This document shows, piece after piece, positions 62,388 through 64,000 of a DNA stretch of 64,000 nt (positions are counted from its first letter, which is position 1; every line of letters begins with the position of its first letter). The notes under the pieces are model-generated. The model was not told the DNA's origin, ran no database searches, and worked only from the letters and a program-made list of their open reading frames with translations. Source of the DNA: Ophelia neglecta (taxonomy: Eukaryota); the NCBI GenBank assembly GCA_965285935.1, contig OZ260664.1, forward strand, positions 4,030,001-4,094,000, read 5' to 3'. The position numbers and the translations under genes were made by a program.

Positions 62388-63497
62388 CTATTTGTTATTT
62401 CGCCCCAATGTTGCTTTGATACGTTTGAATGGATTTCTTTGAAGCGGCACTGACTCGTGAGTCACAAAGGAAGAGCTTGTAGAGAATCGCACAGTGAATG
62501 TTTCCTTCATAACCCTACGGAATCTTCTTCCGAAGATAAGGTAAATGAAAAAGTTTATAGACGAGTTTATAACCATGAGTAACTGACTCACAACACTGAA
62601 TTGTACGAGCCCCTCATCGAATCCTTTTGTAAATATTGCAGCTTTGGTCCTCCTTTCAATGACGGTGACTACTCTGATAAACAGTTCTGGAGTCTCGCAT
62701 ATGATGAAAACCAGGACGATTATCACGAGGACTACAGTGGCATTGTTTTCATGGGTATGGGTGTAGTCGCTGTGTCGTCTCTTAGAGCAGCGAATGGCTT
62801 GTACAAGCCGAGCGTTCATGTAAGACAACATCAGCAGTGGGAGGATATACAATAATACTATGTAAGAACCCTGTTGGTAAATGTCGTAATAAAGGGGATG
62901 GTTGAACTGGGGGCTGATAATACTACGAGTGATAGTAATATTGGTGCAGGGATTGAACCATTCTACAATACAACTCTCAAAGTATCTGGGTAAGTTATAG
63001 AGGAACCCAAGAATATAGACACTTGCCGCTGCTATTTGCTTCGTGCGTTTGTTAAATAGTTGTAAAGCTTTAAATGGCTTACACACGTATATGTACCTAT
63101 CTATAGTCAACAGAACCATGGTCCAAATAGTGATGGTCTGACATGTCTTCAACATGGGAAACACCACTGGCTGCATCAAGATGTAGGTACGGTATACAGG
63201 GAGCAGGTACTTCAGAGGATATCGTAGAACAGCAACAAGCAAATACAATCCATCAGCCACAGCCAGCACCTGAAGAAGTAACAACGCTTCCCGTTTTTCC
63301 TTGTCTCGACGGAACACAATGATAGTCATGACGTTACCAAACAGACCCACCAGACACAGTAGGCCGATCAGGTAAAGTTCAACTATAAACTCCAAACTAA
63401 CTGATAGCTGTTTGTTTATATCCCCAGTTAGGTTTTCATGGTAACGAGGACACTGGGAAATGTTCACCACAGTTAAGCCACAACCCGCGTTAAACAT
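62388..63497 (-). CDS. Class A 7TM GPCR, FMRFamide-receptor-like (paralog 4)
   Basis: ATG at 63497 (MFNAGCG) aligns with the paralogs. All 7 TMs and motifs are intact. Confidence 0.95.
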   Translation of the reverse strand: MFNAGCGLTVVNISQCPRYHENLTGDINKQLSVSLEFIVELYLIGLLCLVGLFGNVMTIIVFRRDKEKREALLLLQVLAVADGLYLLVAVLRYPLKYLLPVYRTYILMQPVVFPMLKTCQTITIWTMVLLTIDRYIYVCKPFKALQLFNKRTKQIAAASVYILGFLYNLPRYFESCIVEWFNPCTNITITRSIISPQFNHPLYYDIYQQGSYIVLLYILPLLMLSYMNARLVQAIRCSKRRHSDYTHTHENNATVVLVIIVLVFIICETPELFIRVVTVIERRTKAAIFTKGFDEGLVQFSVVSQLLMVINSSINFFIYLIFGRRFRRVMKETFTVRFSTSSSFVTHESVPLQRNPFKRIKATLGRNNK

Positions 63498-64000
63498 GAT
63501 TACGATAATCAATATATTACTGTCTCTTTCCCTCTAATTGCACAAACATCAAACCGTTTTTTTTTTTGGGGGGGGGGGATAAATATCATTTTCTTTGAAG
63601 CATTGGCACATAGACACAAGCGTCAGTGGTTTCTATTAGCGATTCTATCAGCCGATAATCTGGCACCTTTGTTAATGCTGTATTTAATTGAGCCGGTCAC
63701 AATCGCCTTGGCTTGATGGGGGCTGGTCTATTAGTCTGTGAAGTGTAAGAACCCATTAATCACGTCGCTGTACTCATCTGGTCCTTTCACAGGTGTCAAT
63801 AGCATAACTAAACGTTCATTCTGAACGCGGACCAGTTAGAAAGATCAATAATTTCAGAGCACTTACACTATGTTCATTCAAACGCACTTGTCTTCAGCTT
63901 GCCAGCACAGGTAACAGCATCCTGATATTACCAGCAACTAACTGCTTGTTGCCAAAGGCACATTTCCGTATATTTAGGCAAATGAATTGTGTAAATGGAA

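Overview
AT-rich, repeat-laden eukaryotic (animal) genomic DNA; the SINE type and receptor family suggest a lophotrochozoan, which is inference. There are no prokaryotic features. The only host genes I can support are a cluster of four paralogous class A GPCRs of the FMRFamide-receptor-like/peptide-receptor type, each coded by a single exon: three intact (15651-16814 +, 41027-42157 -, 62388-63497 -) and one pseudogene (55918-56938 -). Between them lie a very young Ty3/Gypsy LTR retrotransposon (27189-32654), a 5'-truncated L2-clade LINE, two decayed LINEs, a tRNA-derived Meta-type SINE with a 12-bp TSD, several MITEs and minisatellites. The Gypsy element is the most unusual item. Its LTRs differ by one indel, it has a TATG TSD and an open RT-RNaseH-integrase frame, but it lacks gag, protease and an obvious pol start codon, and both LTRs contain an intron-like segment. 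The receptors lack the canonical TM3 cysteine, conserve N-terminal and ECL2 cysteine pairs, and have lost their C-terminal tails independently. All calls come from reading the sequence by eye; no searches were run.
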